A stretch of DNA of 32,000 bases from assembly GCF_000237865.1 (NCBI RefSeq), contig NC_017459.1:1080001-1112000 (forward strand). The letters run 5' to 3'. A program made the position numbers and the translations under genes. The notes below the pieces were generated by a model. The model searched no databases. It was not told the origin of the DNA and saw only the letters and a list, made by a program, of their open reading frames with translations. This DNA is from Haloquadratum walsbyi C23 (GTDB taxonomy: Archaea; Halobacteriota; Halobacteria; Halobacteriales; Haloferacaceae). This document shows positions 1 to 9,870 of this stretch, piece after piece. The stretch's first letter is position 1; the number at the start of each line of letters is the position of its first letter.

Positions 1-155
1 TTGTGTTCACTCTTTGATTTATGTACATGCGATGGATTGACATCGAGGTTATCATATGTCTCAAAAAGATTATCATCAACGCTCTCACGTCCAGCGAAAT
101 TTTGTTTAATCGTTAGCATCTGCTCATGCAGTTCTAGTAGTTCATCCTTGTGCAT
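1..155 (-). CDS. UPF0058-like small protein, N-terminal part (gene runs off the left edge of the window)
   Basis: Absent from the ORF track because no stop lies in the window. The reverse-strand ATG at 155-153 gives MHKDELLELHEQMLTIKQNFAGRESVDDNLFETYDNLDVNPSHVHKSKSEH. I recall this as the conserved archaeal UPF0058 N-terminus. The listed + ORF 1..216 is Cys/Ser-rich and non-acidic, so it is probably the antisense artefact. Confidence 0.5.
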   Translation of the reverse strand, partial: MHKDELLELHEQMLTIKQNFAGRESVDDNLFETYDNLDVNPSHVHKSKSEH

Positions 156-212
156 ACGTATTGATACAACAGAGCGAAATTTAAGGGTTGTTGGTGATTT
201 ATGCCACACCAA

Positions 213-422
213 TTAAAAGACGTACTCGTCTTCGTGACCCATCATACCATCATCTTCGAATCGATCCTCATCATCCATCGGTCCACTTGTTTTAAATGCT
301 CGAATACCAGTTGAGAGGAGTTCCTCAATTGCTTCTTCACGATCGACGAACTCATCCTTATCGACAAGTTGTGCAATCTGCGTTTCGAGATGCTCGGGGA
401 CGTTAATATCTACATTTGGCAT
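213..422 (-). CDS. small acidic ribbon-helix-helix (CopG-like) protein
   Basis: 69-aa ORF. The N-terminus MPNVDINVPEHLETQIAQLVDKDEFVDREEAIEELL has the beta-strand then helix pattern of RHH proteins. The tail is acidic and haloarchaeal in style. Confidence 0.55.
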   Translation of the reverse strand: MPNVDINVPEHLETQIAQLVDKDEFVDREEAIEELLSTGIRAFKTSGPMDDEDRFEDDGMMGHEDEYVF

Positions 423-753
423 CTGAGTATTCGGTCTTTGAATCGGGTTTATTTAAACCCTACGCCAGTAATTTTCGATTGAGAGAGCTTTCGTTTTCAA
501 TAAGAAATATATAAATTTCCATTCTACCAGAATAGTTTGTAAAATCAATAGCTAAGCACGCAGAATCAAAAACCTGCTCAATAATCTCTATGTAATCATG
601 TGAGCTATTTTCACCCAGTATTATAATTCCTTTGTCGAATCTCCATTTGCTGAGAGATGATGAGATATAGCTAATATATGAGATATATCCTGACTAATAG
701 GCTATTGTATGACCACGATAGTCAGGTAAAAGAGGATGAAAACCTGAATACAA

Positions 754-2442
754 ATGATGGAATCACGCCAGACCAGACTTGACGATGTCACTCTCGTCAG
801 TCGGTCAGCCCGCATTCCCTCATTGTCATCTTCAGTTCGGGATATATTTGATATTGCAACCTCACCTCGAGTTGTCTGGAGTGCACCAGACGAGACAACA
901 GTGCTTGGAAGTGGTGCTGCAGCGACGATTGTTGCCACAGGCTCTGATCGATTTGAGTCTGTCCGTGATGCTGCTGAATCGCTGTTTAGTACCGGTGATG
1001 TCCATGCAGGGAGTGAGGTCGCTCGCCCCCGTCTTTTTGGTGGTTTTGCCTTCCATGCTGAACGCGCAGATAGCAAGCCATGGAAGCAGTTCCCCAATGC
1101 ACAATTTATTTTTCCGCGAGTACAGATAACATGGTCAACAGACACGCATACCGAGACAGACACCGCTGATAATGATTCACATGCGTGGATAACAGTCAAT
1201 GCTGTGGATCCCGGTGCGACACCTGATGCTGTTGAGTATCGATTGAGTCAGGAAATTGAGCGAGTAAAAACGCTTGAGTCAACAAACAATTCTCGATCTC
1301 CGCCAGGTGTCACATGCCGTCATCGACGCACATCCCGGGACGCATGGAATCGTGGCGTCACTGCAGCTATTAATCGAATTTCTGCTGATAATCTCCAAAA
1401 AGTTGTTCTTGCACAGGCACTCGAAGTTGAACTTGAGGAGACACCAGTGCTTGGTGATATTATTACCCGTCTCGGTGAGCACTATCCCTCGTGTTACCGG
1501 TTTATCATCGAACCGGTACCCGACACACCGGTCGACCAGAGAATACATACAGATGTTAATGCAATGACTACAGTAGGGTCTGAGGATATACACAATACGT
1601 CTCAGTCCCCGGCTTTCTTCGGGGCAACGCCAGAACGACTCGTCTCTGTTCGTGGTCGCACCGTTGAGACTGGTGCACTTGCTGGGACAACTGGTCGTGG
1701 CGAAACGACCGCTGAAGATGAATGGCTTGCTGCAGAACTTGCACGCGATGAAAAAAATGTTCATGAACACGAACTTGTTGCTGAGACAATTCGTGAACAA
1801 CTTTCGCCGTATGCAACTGCTATCACAAGTGATTCTCGACGCGTTCGCAAACTGGCGACCGTTCAACATCTGTGGACGCCAATCACCGCGACTCTTGAAG
1901 AGCATAAACATGCACTTTCACTCGTTGAAGCATTACATCCAACACCGGCGGTAGGAGGACTCCCACCAACAACGGCTGCTGAGACGATTCGCGAGACAGA
2001 GCCATTTGATCGAGGATGGTATGCTGCGCCTGTTGGATGGATTGATGCTGCCGGATATGGTACCTTTGTGGTTGCGCTTCGATCAGCAGTCGCCCATGAC
2101 GATGCCGCCACACTTTTTGCCGGCGTCGGAATCGTCGCAGATTCAAATCCCGACAGTGAGTGGGATGAGGTTCAACTAAAATACCGACCAATTCTTGATG
2201 AGCTCGAAAGTAATGATGCAGATGATGATACAATCAATCAAGCACAATCCGAAATATCTACGCACACACAGGGTACTGTCGATGATACGATGAATGAGTC
2301 CGCTTCGACATCAATATCTACACCAGATACAACAGTTCCGTCAGAGTCAAATTCACAGTCGAATACAACAATGGAACCGACTTCAGACGCAGACGCAGAC
2401 GTAGACGCAGACACAAACACAAACATAGACGACACCGAGTGA
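754..2442 (+). CDS. menF: isochorismate synthase (menaquinone-specific) with a long acidic low-complexity C-terminal tail
   Basis: Chorismate-binding family motifs are present: FFGATPERLVSVRG, LHPTPAVGGLP, FDRGWYAAPVGWID and FAGVGIVADSNPDSEWDEVQLK. It is the first gene of a men cluster. Its stop overlaps the menD start (GTGATGA). Confidence 0.85.
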   Translation: MMESRQTRLDDVTLVSRSARIPSLSSSVRDIFDIATSPRVVWSAPDETTVLGSGAAATIVATGSDRFESVRDAAESLFSTGDVHAGSEVARPRLFGGFAFHAERADSKPWKQFPNAQFIFPRVQITWSTDTHTETDTADNDSHAWITVNAVDPGATPDAVEYRLSQEIERVKTLESTNNSRSPPGVTCRHRRTSRDAWNRGVTAAINRISADNLQKVVLAQALEVELEETPVLGDIITRLGEHYPSCYRFIIEPVPDTPVDQRIHTDVNAMTTVGSEDIHNTSQSPAFFGATPERLVSVRGRTVETGALAGTTGRGETTAEDEWLAAELARDEKNVHEHELVAETIREQLSPYATAITSDSRRVRKLATVQHLWTPITATLEEHKHALSLVEALHPTPAVGGLPPTTAAETIRETEPFDRGWYAAPVGWIDAAGYGTFVVALRSAVAHDDAATLFAGVGIVADSNPDSEWDEVQLKYRPILDELESNDADDDTINQAQSEISTHTQGTVDDTMNESASTSISTPDTTVPSESNSQSNTTMEPTSDADADVDADTNTNIDDTE

Positions 2443-4301
2443 TGAGCGCGCCAAATCAGAATACCTTGTGGGCACGCACGTTCGTTTCAGAACTTGCCGC
2501 TAGTGGTGTTGATACTGTCTGTATCTCGCCGGGAAGTCGATCAACACCACTCACGGTTGCTTTTGACCGTCATGATAGTATCGAGACTTTTTCACACTTA
2601 GATGAGCGTTCTGCTGCATACTTTGCGCTTGGACGGGCAAGAAGAACTGGGTCGGTTACCCCTGTAGTCTGTACCTCAGGCACAGCAGCGGCAAACTATC
2701 ACCCTGCAGTTATCGAAGCTTCACAGGCACGCGTCCCGCTTCTAGTATTAACCGCTGATCGCCCTCCAGAATTACATGACTCTGGTGCAAATCAGACCGT
2801 CGATCAAACAAAGCTCTATGGCGATGCAGTCAGGTGGTTTCATGACATTGGGGAGCCTGAACCGACAGCAAGAAAACTCCGATCACTCCGGACGACAGCA
2901 GCACGTTCAATTATGACTGCGACAGACACGCCAGCTGGACCGGTTCATCTAAATTTCTCTTTCCGGAAGCCACTTGAACCAACGCCAGTGCCGGGAGATA
3001 TCCCTGATGACCTGTCCGAAGAGTCAATTACAGGTCGTGATGGTGCATTTGTTGAGTCGACGACAGGTAATCGAGTGCTCGATGAGAATAGCGTTAATAG
3101 AATAGCACAGTCGCTTTCAACATCTCGTGGACTCATCGTTGTTGGTCCGATGACGATACCCGGAGTTGATCCTGAGGCAGTAGCGGCGTTTGCACATGCA
3201 AGCGGATTCCCCGTTCTTGCGGATCCACTTTCAGGCATTCGTTACGGTGGGCTGACTCGAACAACACCAATTATTGGTGGATACGATGGCTATCTTACTA
3301 GCGAGTTATGGGATCAGTGGCCAGATCCAGATGTTGTGCTTCGGTTTGGCGCTTCACCTACATCAAAGCCACTCAGACAGTATCTTGAATCCACATCACC
3401 GACTCAGTATCTTGTCGACCCTGCTGGAGAGTGGCGTGAGGCAACATTCACTGCGACAGATATCGTTGTTGCTGATCCAACACAGCTTCTATGGCAGCTA
3501 TCAAGAGCTCTCAATACTCCTGGATCATCAACATGGCGACAACGTTGGATTGAAGCTGATAAGGCGCATACAGACGTACTCGCTAACACTGACTCCTTCG
3601 CTCATCAGTCTCTAGCAGCGACTAACTCGGATTCATCGACCGATGATATGATTGAAGATACGGATGAGGAGGGTAGCAATGAGAGTGATAGATGGTTCTG
3701 TGAGGGTCGTATTCTTTCGGATGTAATGACAGCAGCACCGGATCCCGCAACAATTTTTGTCTCGAACTCAATGCCGGTTCGGGATCTTGACCGCTTTGGA
3801 AGTCCAACAACGCAGAATAGGACAGTCCTTGGAAATCGCGGAGCATCAGGGATTGACGGTATTGTTTCGACAGCACTCGGTGCTGGCTCAGCCCTTGCCA
3901 CCACTGAGCATCTCATTGCAATAACGGGTGATCTCGCGTATTATCACGATATGAATGGACTCGCAGCACTCGAACGTTGTGATGTCACAGCAACCATTGT
4001 TCTAATCAATAATGATGGGGGTGGAATCTTTCACAAACTCCCAATCGAATCGTATGACCCACCATTCACAACTCAGTTTGTCACACCACATGGACTTGAT
4101 TTTGAACCGACTGAGGATATCTACGACCTCTCATTTGCGCGGGTCCGTGGCACAGATCGTGATGGATTTCACACAGCATTTACTGAGGCAACGACAACCA
4201 CTGGATCACACGTTATCGAAGTCGTCACTGACTCTGAGTCAAGCCATCGCGTTCGAGAGCAATTACATGATCGTGTGATTAAGCGCATTCTTGATAATTG
4301 A
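2442..4301 (+). CDS. menD: 2-succinyl-5-enolpyruvyl-6-hydroxy-3-cyclohexene-1-carboxylate (SEPHCHC) synthase
   Basis: The N-terminus carries NTLWARTFVSELAASGVDTVCISPGSRSTPL. The ThDP-binding motif GDLAYYHDMNGL...LINNDGGGIF is present. The ATG at 2442 overlaps the menF TGA; the GTG at 2439 is an alternative start. Confidence 0.9.
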   Translation: MSAPNQNTLWARTFVSELAASGVDTVCISPGSRSTPLTVAFDRHDSIETFSHLDERSAAYFALGRARRTGSVTPVVCTSGTAAANYHPAVIEASQARVPLLVLTADRPPELHDSGANQTVDQTKLYGDAVRWFHDIGEPEPTARKLRSLRTTAARSIMTATDTPAGPVHLNFSFRKPLEPTPVPGDIPDDLSEESITGRDGAFVESTTGNRVLDENSVNRIAQSLSTSRGLIVVGPMTIPGVDPEAVAAFAHASGFPVLADPLSGIRYGGLTRTTPIIGGYDGYLTSELWDQWPDPDVVLRFGASPTSKPLRQYLESTSPTQYLVDPAGEWREATFTATDIVVADPTQLLWQLSRALNTPGSSTWRQRWIEADKAHTDVLANTDSFAHQSLAATNSDSSTDDMIEDTDEEGSNESDRWFCEGRILSDVMTAAPDPATIFVSNSMPVRDLDRFGSPTTQNRTVLGNRGASGIDGIVSTALGAGSALATTEHLIAITGDLAYYHDMNGLAALERCDVTATIVLINNDGGGIFHKLPIESYDPPFTTQFVTPHGLDFEPTEDIYDLSFARVRGTDRDGFHTAFTEATTTTGSHVIEVVTDSESSHRVREQLHDRVIKRILDN

Positions 4302-4429
4302 GCGCTGGTATTACAGAAAAATGATAACAAAACGTCGCGCTTTAGCGCTGGGAGGATATCAAAATATCAGATAAATAGGTCTGAGTCAAGAGGCGAATCC
4401 TTTTCTCGTGTCCGCGCTGGCATGTCAGT

Positions 4430-5347
4430 ATGGTTTCAGAGCTTTTCGACCCCGCACAATGGGATGACGTCGAGGGGACCGAAGTATTTGATGACATTAC
4501 CTATCATCGCGGACATGAGGTCCCAGTCGTCCGAATTGCATTTGATCGTCCAGAGCAACGGAATGCATTCCGCCCAGGAACCGTTGATGAATTGTATGCT
4601 GCCCTTGATCACGCGCGCAAGCAGGCAGATATTGGGTGTATTCTTCTCACTGGGAATGGTCCATCAGAGGATGATGGTGGATGGGCATTCTCTGCTGGCG
4701 GTGATCAGTCTGTCCGCGGTGAGTCTGGATATGAATATCGTGATGATGATGAGCCAGCAGATGATGAGGACACACTCGTCCGTGAGGCAAAAGCAGGACG
4801 ACTCCACATCCTTGAGGTGCAACGACTGATCAGATTTATGCCGAAGCCAGTGGTTGCTGTTGTTCCAGGATGGGCTGTTGGCGGTGGACATTCATTACAT
4901 GTTATCTGTGATCTCACCCTTGCATCGAAAGAACACGCCAAATTCCTTCAGACAGATCCGGATGTTGCCTCATTTGACGGTGGATTTGGATCAGCATATC
5001 TTGCCAAGCAAATCGGACAGAAAAAGGCACGAGAGGTATTTTTCCGTGGAAAAACATATTCCGCTGCTGAAGCGGTTGAGATGGGAATGGCAAATGAGGC
5101 GATCCCGCATGCAGAATTAGAGGATATTGCGATTGAGTGGGCAAATGAAATGGCGACAAAATCGCCAACAGCGATGCGCATGCTAAAATATGCATTCAAT
5201 CTTGCCGATGATGGTCTTGTTGGTCAGCAGGTATTCGCAGGTGAAGCAACCCGACTTGCCTATATGACTGATGAAGCACGCGAAGGTCGGAACGCATTCT
5301 TAGAAGGGCGTGACCCAGATTTCTCATCATATCCGTGGCACTACTGA
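4430..5347 (+). CDS. menB: 1,4-dihydroxy-2-naphthoyl-CoA synthase (crotonase superfamily)
   Basis: Motifs RIAFDRPEQRNAF, FSAGGDQ and VAVVPGWAVGGGHSLHVICDLT are present, plus a C-terminal RDPDFSSYPWHY. Context is the men cluster. Confidence 0.9.
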   Translation: MVSELFDPAQWDDVEGTEVFDDITYHRGHEVPVVRIAFDRPEQRNAFRPGTVDELYAALDHARKQADIGCILLTGNGPSEDDGGWAFSAGGDQSVRGESGYEYRDDDEPADDEDTLVREAKAGRLHILEVQRLIRFMPKPVVAVVPGWAVGGGHSLHVICDLTLASKEHAKFLQTDPDVASFDGGFGSAYLAKQIGQKKAREVFFRGKTYSAAEAVEMGMANEAIPHAELEDIAIEWANEMATKSPTAMRMLKYAFNLADDGLVGQQVFAGEATRLAYMTDEAREGRNAFLEGRDPDFSSYPWHY

Positions 5348-5488
5348 TTAACATTGATCTATCCCGTCTTTCATCACCACTTGTGTGTAGATACGACAAT
5401 CACACTTCTCAAGGATACAATCTCGCGTGAGAAGAAAGTCACTTGATGAACCGAAGTTTCACGCAGCCACAGCGAATAAATGTAGTTA

Positions 5489-6448
5489 ATGAGCGCACAG
5501 ACACAGTCTATTAGCCGTCAGAAGGCATGGGTGATGGCAGCACGCCCACAGACACTTCCAGCAGCGGCGGCTCCTATTCTTGTTGGGACTGGGGTTGCGA
5601 TTCATGACGGTGTTTTCGCCCCACTCCCAGCACTTGCTGCATTACTTGGTGCTGCTCTTATTCAGATTGGGACGAATTTTGCGAATGATTACTATGATGC
5701 ACTCAAGGGTGCAGACACCGCTGATCGCGAAGGATTCACCCGTGTGACCGCAGGTGGACTCATCGATCCCCCCGCAGTCAAGCGAGCGATGTATCTTACA
5801 TTTACAATTGCCATTCTTGTTGGTGCGACCCTTGTGTGGGTTGGTGGAATTCCGATCCTAATCGTTGGGCTTCTCTCCGTCGGCTCAGGAATTGCATACA
5901 CCGGTGGACCATACCCGCTTGGATATCATGGTCTTGGTGATGTGTTTGTGTTTGTCTTCTTTGGTCTCATTGCTGTGACTGGAACGTACTATGTTCAAGC
6001 AGCGGCACTTACTGCAGGCACATTTCCGCTTGGAATTCCCGCTGGGACAGTTTCATTGACGGCTATCGTTGCATCGCTGCCAATTGCTGCACTTTCGACA
6101 AACATTCTTGTCGTAAATAATGTTCGCGACCGTGATGAAGACGCAACGACGGGAAAGCGAACGCTCGCAGTTCGATATGGGTATACTTTCGCGCGCGCAG
6201 AGTTCATCACACTGTTGATACTTGCATACAGCGTCCCAATCTGGTTTCTGTCTCGCACAGCATACACACTTGCTGTGGGACTTCCACTTGTGACGCTACC
6301 AATTGCGCTATCACTTATGCATACTATATGCACCGAAACTGCCGGTGATATGCTCAACCCAACGCTTGAGCGGGTTGGAAAACTACTGGCTGGATATGCA
6401 CTCTTATTTAGTATTGGACTTGCTATCAAAACACTTCCAGTAGTATAA
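5489..6448 (+). CDS. menA: 1,4-dihydroxy-2-naphthoate polyprenyltransferase (UbiA family)
   Basis: Polytopic membrane protein with both UbiA Asp-rich motifs (NFANDYYDALKGAD and NNVRDRDEDATTGKRTLAV). It lies between menB and menC. Confidence 0.85.
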   Translation: MSAQTQSISRQKAWVMAARPQTLPAAAAPILVGTGVAIHDGVFAPLPALAALLGAALIQIGTNFANDYYDALKGADTADREGFTRVTAGGLIDPPAVKRAMYLTFTIAILVGATLVWVGGIPILIVGLLSVGSGIAYTGGPYPLGYHGLGDVFVFVFFGLIAVTGTYYVQAAALTAGTFPLGIPAGTVSLTAIVASLPIAALSTNILVVNNVRDRDEDATTGKRTLAVRYGYTFARAEFITLLILAYSVPIWFLSRTAYTLAVGLPLVTLPIALSLMHTICTETAGDMLNPTLERVGKLLAGYALLFSIGLAIKTLPVV

Positions 6449-7539
6449 TGAACGAATTAGATTGTCTTGAGACAGCCTCTATTAAGATCGATCCATTCAC
6501 CCTTGAGTTATCACGCTCACTCTCAACGGCTGTAGGTGATATCGAACAACGGCGCGGACATGTCGTGTGTGTAGATATTAATGGCACTGTCGGCATTGGC
6601 GAGGCAACACCACTTCCTGGCTGGACAGAGCGCTATCCCGATTGTCAGGATGCTCTTCGCTCAGTTTCAACGGACAGCACATCAACATCAACATCAACAT
6701 TAGCATCGGAAATAACACCAGATACAACATCAGCGGCACATCATGGAATTGAGTTAGCTTGTGTTGATGCGATGGCTCGCCATCATGACAGTTCACTCGC
6801 CAGGTTTCTCTCGACAGACACACCAGCTACATCGATCCCAGTCAATGCAACGATTGGTGATTGTGACTCCGAGCAGACATATAAAAAAGCAGAATCAGCA
6901 GTTGAAGATGGATATACGACAATTAAATTAAAAGTTGGCGCCAGAGATATTGAGTCTGATTGTAACAGAGTCATTGCTGCTCGATCGGCAGTCGGGGAAG
7001 ACATCACACTCCGCGTTGACGCTAATGGTGCGTGGAATAGAACTACTGCTGAGCGGTTTCTTGAAACGGCACGGACAGTCGATATTGCATATATTGAGCA
7101 GCCTCTCCCAGCATCAGATCTCGATGGACATGCTTTACTCCGTGGTCGTGGCGTTGATATTGCAGTTGATGAATCGATGAATCGAACTAGCCCAGAGCAG
7201 ATTTTTGCTGCCGATGCAGCCGATATTATTGTTTGTAAACCAATGGCACTTGGTGGTCCAAAACAGACGCTTGCAGTCGCACGTAAGGCAGAAGCCGTCG
7301 ATATCGATACTGTTGTTACGACAACAATCGATGGTGTAATTGCTCGTATGGGGGCAGTTCATATTGCTGCGGCGCTCCCCGGCTCAGGCTCAAACGCACG
7401 TGCATGTGGTCTCGCCACAGGATCAATGCTTGCGGATGATCTTACAGCGAATCCGGTATCTATCAGTGACGGCGAGATATCCGTTCCGACAGGACCTGGA
7501 TTAGCTGGTGGGGCACTCAGGTCATGCTGTAATCGATGA
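6448..7539 (+). CDS. menC: o-succinylbenzoate synthase (enolase superfamily)
   Basis: Enolase-superfamily signatures are present: IKLKVG, LRVDANGAW, IEQPL, VDES and CKPMALGG. The start overlaps the menA stop (TAATG). It carries an STSTSTST insert. Confidence 0.75.
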   Translation: MNELDCLETASIKIDPFTLELSRSLSTAVGDIEQRRGHVVCVDINGTVGIGEATPLPGWTERYPDCQDALRSVSTDSTSTSTSTLASEITPDTTSAAHHGIELACVDAMARHHDSSLARFLSTDTPATSIPVNATIGDCDSEQTYKKAESAVEDGYTTIKLKVGARDIESDCNRVIAARSAVGEDITLRVDANGAWNRTTAERFLETARTVDIAYIEQPLPASDLDGHALLRGRGVDIAVDESMNRTSPEQIFAADAADIIVCKPMALGGPKQTLAVARKAEAVDIDTVVTTTIDGVIARMGAVHIAAALPGSGSNARACGLATGSMLADDLTANPVSISDGEISVPTGPGLAGGALRSCCNR

Positions 7540-7734
7540 TAATAATAATGTTGCGCAATCGATTCTATCAGTTAATTCGTATTTTGATAAGCTCAACGTC
7601 AAAATTCGGGGTTCTCGCCCTGTTCCGCCTATAGAAAATTAATATATGTTAGTTATTGTTTTGATTCAATCGCATGAGTTCATGTGAATATTCTTTAGAT
7701 ATCGTTATTTCGTCGGCTGGCAATATACGGAATA

Positions 7735-7848
7735 ATGGCTGATCCGACCCCAACACAACGCCGTCTTCTCATTGGATTATTTATGTTTGCGATATTCATC
7801 TTTATCGCCGGACTTGTTGTGGTTGCTTATCTCGCTGGAACATTCTAG
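7735..7848 (+). CDS. possible 37-aa single-pass membrane protein
   Basis: Too short for the ORF track. ATG 7735 to TAG 7846-7848 gives MADPTPTQRRLLIGLFMFAIFIFIAGLVVVAYLAGTF, a charged head followed by one clean hydrophobic helix. There is no other support. Confidence 0.3.
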   Translation: MADPTPTQRRLLIGLFMFAIFIFIAGLVVVAYLAGTF

Positions 7849-7877
7849 ATCTAATATATCCGCAACTCAACTCTCCA

Positions 7878-8720
7878 CTAGTCAGGTCGATGAGTCACTC
7901 CATCGCGGTTATCAGCGTTCATTCGTCGTAATGCTGCAGCTGCGTTTGAGGCATCATACCCGAAGTATACATTTGTGCTGTATGCATCTGCCACCTCCGT
8001 GGCGTGTATAAGATCATCAACATCGACATCAACTGCATATAATTCAACAGAAATGTCCACATCGCGTTCAATTGAATCGATTCGGCTTTGAAATCCCTTC
8101 ACAATCGTTTCTAGCCAGTATGTGGTTCCATAGTGAATGTCATATAATGGTATCACAAATTCATCAACATACTTAGCGATTCGTTCAACATTGATACCGC
8201 TGCGTTCAGAAAGATGCCCCGGGTATGGGTCTGGATATAATGTAAAATATGTCCGTCCTGGAATTAATGCCGTTGCTGTCTCAACAAATTCTGTAATAAT
8301 ATCATCGCGCCACGATTGCCACGTTTCTGCGGTGCTGTTATCAAACTGTCGTTGACATCGGTCGCACCTACAATATCCCTCTCGCGGAAACCCAACGTCA
8401 TCAAGTCGAACAGCATCATTTACCGCCGCGCTATCTTCGATGATCTCAAGTAAGCCATTTCGATATTTGTCATGCGTCGGACAAATATACCCCCAATCAA
8501 AATATGGCTGCTCTCGCGTCGCAAGGGTACCATCTTCATTAATTGGCACCAATTCTGGATCTGAGTTCGCCGCTGTATTATCACCAAAACAGGAGACCAT
8601 ATTGACTGCATCTGAGAGAGGTTCAGCAGCACGCCCACTCACATCTTTCACCTCATAAAATCCAATACCGAAGTCGTCCCACTCAATTTCTTCTTCGTTC
8701 CGCGTTACGACCCCATACAT
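7878..8720 (-). CDS. acidic cytoplasmic protein of unknown function with a CxCxxC cysteine cluster
   Basis: 280-aa ORF with typical halophilic acidic composition. It contains GYCRCDRCQRQF. I do not recognise the family. Confidence 0.6.
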   Translation of the reverse strand: MYGVVTRNEEEIEWDDFGIGFYEVKDVSGRAAEPLSDAVNMVSCFGDNTAANSDPELVPINEDGTLATREQPYFDWGYICPTHDKYRNGLLEIIEDSAAVNDAVRLDDVGFPREGYCRCDRCQRQFDNSTAETWQSWRDDIITEFVETATALIPGRTYFTLYPDPYPGHLSERSGINVERIAKYVDEFVIPLYDIHYGTTYWLETIVKGFQSRIDSIERDVDISVELYAVDVDVDDLIHATEVADAYSTNVYFGYDASNAAAALRRMNADNRDGVTHRPD

Positions 8721-8977
8721 ATATTTATCTCAGGATATCGCTGCGGTGCGTATCAGTCGTTCGGATACCAGTTCCATGATTCTACCGTTATTCTAAGATG
8801 ACAATCGACACTCGGGTGAGATTTTGATCTCAAATAAGCCACGATAAAAATAATAATCTAACATATCATACCAGCAAGCACACCGCAAAATGCTGTGAGT
8901 TGGTCATCTCTTCGTGTACGGTCTGATATCAATATTATCTGCAATCTCTCACATGTCGTTGTGCAACTACTGTGAAC

Positions 8978-9073
8978 CTAACTGGTACTATCACCGTCAG
9001 AACGACTCGCGAGGATTGTGTATGTCAATGCAATAACAGCAACTACGACAATAATTTTTGCTCGTCTCGACAT
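8978..9073 (-). CDS. possible 31-aa membrane peptide
   Basis: A reverse-strand ATG at 9073 gives MSRRAKIIVVVAVIALTYTILASRSDGDSTS. It lies in an otherwise empty 600-bp AT-rich spacer. The call rests on hydrophobicity only. Confidence 0.2.
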   Translation of the reverse strand: MSRRAKIIVVVAVIALTYTILASRSDGDSTS

Positions 9074-9333
9074 ATGTAATTGTCATATCGTTCTGATACA
9101 TATTAATGATTTAGTAATTTAGCCCCATTAGCGCATCAGGGGTTGTGGATGGAAAGCGCGTTATCGAAACAGGAAACCTCACGCTCAAGAAAACCGATAC
9201 AGCAGATGTAGCGGCTGAGTAGCATGGAGTCGTTCACAAGTACGTATCTTGGAATTTGTATATCAGTCCACCTGCGCACATCGGGATGCAACAGGGTATC
9301 TCGATACAACCAGTGGAATAACTGTATGATCAA

Positions 9334-9870
9334 TTATGCAACATCAAGATATGTTGGTACTTCGCTTTCACGCACAATCGATCCACAGTAATCACACTGT
9401 AGCCCTTCATCAAGGACAATAAAACGGGTGTTAATCGGTTCATTAGCGTTTGTAATACAGTTTCGATTGGGACAAAAAAGAAGTCCAGTGACCGCCGTCG
9501 GGCGCTCAATTCGTTTTTTATCGACAACCGCGTAATCTCGGATAATATTGATTGTTGCCTCAGGAGCAATCACCGCAAGTACGTCGACTTCAGATTGACT
9601 TAGCTCACGATCCTCGACTTTAACAATATCTTTTCTTCCCAAGCGGTCAGAAATAACATTCATACCGACAGAGACACCCTCACCGCTTGACCCATCAATC
9701 CCAAGAATGGCAAGAACATTTAGTGCTTCTCCAGCGGTAAGATGATCAATCACAGTCCCATCACGAATCTTCGAGACACGTAATTGTTGATCATCGATTT
9801 TCCTTGCTCTTGGCACGGCATCACTGACAGATTCCTTACTCTCCTTTTGATTTGGCTCACGATCGTTCAT
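9334..9870 (-). CDS. pyrI: aspartate carbamoyltransferase regulatory subunit
   Basis: Contains [15 protein letters not shown] and the C-terminal zinc site CPNRNCITN...CDYCG. Its ATG overlaps the pyrB TGA (ATGA on the minus strand at 9867-9870). Confidence 0.9.
   Translation of the reverse strand: MNDREPNQKESKESVSDAVPRARKIDDQQLRVSKIRDGTVIDHLTAGEALNVLAILGIDGSSGEGVSVGMNVISDRLGRKDIVKVEDRELSQSEVDVLAVIAPEATINIIRDYAVVDKKRIERPTAVTGLLFCPNRNCITNANEPINTRFIVLDEGLQCDYCGSIVRESEVPTYLDVA

Noticed and set aside
2385-2430. Short tandem DNA repeats as a possible CRISPR or microsatellite locus (2385-2430, also 6679-6700 and 13805-13826)
   Set aside because: All lie inside coding regions and simply encode low-complexity acidic or Ser/Thr stretches (DADADVDA, STSTSTST, SESESES). 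No repeat-spacer architecture exists anywhere in the window.
702-2435. Many listed ORFs overlapping menF on the opposite strand or in other frames (702..1199, 862..1104, 1279..1911, 1568..1816, 1863..2111, 1883..2233, 2238..2435 and others)
   Set aside because: They are basic or Cys-rich and non-halophilic in composition. They lie entirely inside a gene with clear family motifs, so they are antisense or out-of-frame artefacts. The same logic applies to the shadow ORFs inside menD, menB, menA, menC, pyrB, gdhA, fbp and the DGGGP synthase gene.
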